Positions 62,917 through 64,000 of a stretch of DNA of 64,000 bases are shown here, piece after piece; within the stretch, counting starts at the first letter, position 1; every line of letters starts with the position of its first letter. The DNA comes from Camelus dromedarius (taxonomy: Eukaryota): positions 39,806,001-39,870,000 of the forward strand of contig NC_087436.1 of the NCBI RefSeq assembly GCF_036321535.1. The letters run 5' to 3'. The notes under the pieces were generated by a model. That model was given only the letters and a program-made list of their open reading frames with translations. It did not search any database and was not told the DNA's origin. The position numbers were made by a program, and so were the translations under genes.

Positions 62917-63528
62917 TGTTACTGAATTGGTCACTAACCTGGGCTGAAACCCTTTGTCTCAGCCAGGGAGATTCTTTTTCTTTTGGGATTGCCATAGCCA
63001 CTAATGAAACCAGTGCTGAGATTGGAACAGCACAATCTTTATACAATTTATTTTTTCAGTTTATTCTTTTGGCTCAATGGTCAAAGAATGGAGGAGCAAG
63101 AACCTAGTTTGCAAATCAGCTTCTCAATCCAATTTGGGTGGAGACACCATATAAATAGGAGGGTTGAGGTAAAAGGGAGGGAGTTAGAAAGAGGAGGAAA
63201 AATGTTCCTGAGTTATCTGACAACAGAGGTGTGGTTTGGACCTAGAACTAATGCAACACTCCTTTTCAGTCCTTGTTTGGGCTTTTCCCATTGTCATGGC
63301 AATTGCCAACTGCCATGGTGCTGGTGGGTGTGTCATTTAGCATGCTAATGAATTACAGTGAGCATATAATGAAGCTCAAGGTCTACTAGAAGTCAAATCT
63401 TCTGCCATCTTTGGCCTAGTTCTTGTTTTTTTCTTTTTGCGGCTTCCTCCTGAAACTTGGATAAGAGTGATTGGTTTCCATTCCAGGGAGGAGCAGGGGT
63501 ATGACTTGGGGGCAACAGCTTGGTAACA
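62917..63528 (-). mobile_element. ERV1-class solo LTR inserted in an L1 5' region
   Basis: TGTTAC...GTAACA inverted termini with flanks AGAA/AAAA (degenerate 4-bp TSD). Shares GCTCAAGGTCTACTAGAAGTCRAATCTT with the 26322-26806 LTR. Confidence 0.8.
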
Positions 63529-63945
63529 AAAACAAGGAATATTCTTAACTTTGTGCAATCTTCAAGTAATGTTCTTTGTTCCCTCTTATCCTTTCCCAGC
63601 ATAAGGCAGTTTCTTTAATTGTATGTGCTGAGAAATACTCAGTTCAAGACTTGAGAAGGACCCTCTACGTATCTCTGGGGTTCCATCTCTGAGCTGTAAT
63701 CTCCTCTCTGACACTCTGTCTTATGAGCTCTAGCTGCTTTGACTCCCCCAGACTTCCATCTCTATCTTCTTCATTTCTAGTTTCCCTCTCCTTGCACCAC
63801 AATGTGGAAACTTTCTTAAGGCAGTAAATTCAGGCAATTTTGTTTCCTTTCTCTCAGGTATTATTGTATTATTGCTTGAGTTCATTTCCTTGAAAGTTGT
63901 TTTTTCTTGTATTTTGCCTGTTTTTTATTTGTTTTAGATAGTAGG
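63529..63945 (-). mobile_element. Old L1 5' region (continues from ~62770-62916)
   Basis: TGCTGAGAAATACTCAG...GGACCCTCTACGTATCTCTGGGG...TCTAGCTGCTTTGACTCCCCCAGACT...GGAAACTTTCTTAAGGCAGTAA resembles recalled L1M 5'-end consensus. Confidence 0.65.
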
Positions 63946-63946
63946 A

Positions 63947-64000
63947 TATAGGGGATCAGAATTTGACACCCAAAAATATGTCTCTTTGGCCTAGTAATTA
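63947..64000 (+). mobile_element. Start of an ERV1-class LTR (truncated by window end)
   Basis: TATAGGGGATCAGAATTTGACACCCAAAAATATGTCTCTTTGGC resembles a MER34/39-type LTR 5' end. Confidence 0.65.

Noticed and set aside
1..64000. The six-frame ORFs as protein-coding genes
   Set aside because: All are short (145 aa or fewer), many are low-complexity or start at non-ATG codons, and none forms a spliceable chain. The only recognisable ones are retroelement remnants.

Overview
AT-rich, CpG-depleted mammalian genomic DNA. Three tRNA-derived SINEs of the Vic-1 type and a set of mutually similar young L1 3' ends point to a camelid (alpaca, llama or camel). I found no recognisable protein-coding exon, RNA gene, CRISPR array or prokaryote-style operon; every ORF I can assign is a retroelement remnant. 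The window looks like a large intron or gene desert and carries many interspersed repeats: L1, L2, MIR, ERV1/ERVL/MaLR solo LTRs, and hAT and Tigger DNA transposons. Several have readable target-site duplications (TSDs) and some are nested. The most unusual signals are: (i) a frameshifted fossil at 3811-4085 whose translation resembles the ORF2 C-terminal region of fish/amphibian-type L1 rather than mammalian L1; (ii) a nearby octamer/CCAAT/GC-box cluster with the octamer inside an inverted repeat; (iii) a perfect 19-bp palindrome at 39451-39492; (iv) a duplicated ~100-bp splice-acceptor-like segment; (v) a few candidate non-coding exons; (vi) a 32-bp micro-retroinsertion with a perfect 17-bp TSD. 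Repeat family names come from recalled consensus sequences, not from a database search. Boundaries without a TSD are approximate. I do not see evidence for a complete new biological system.
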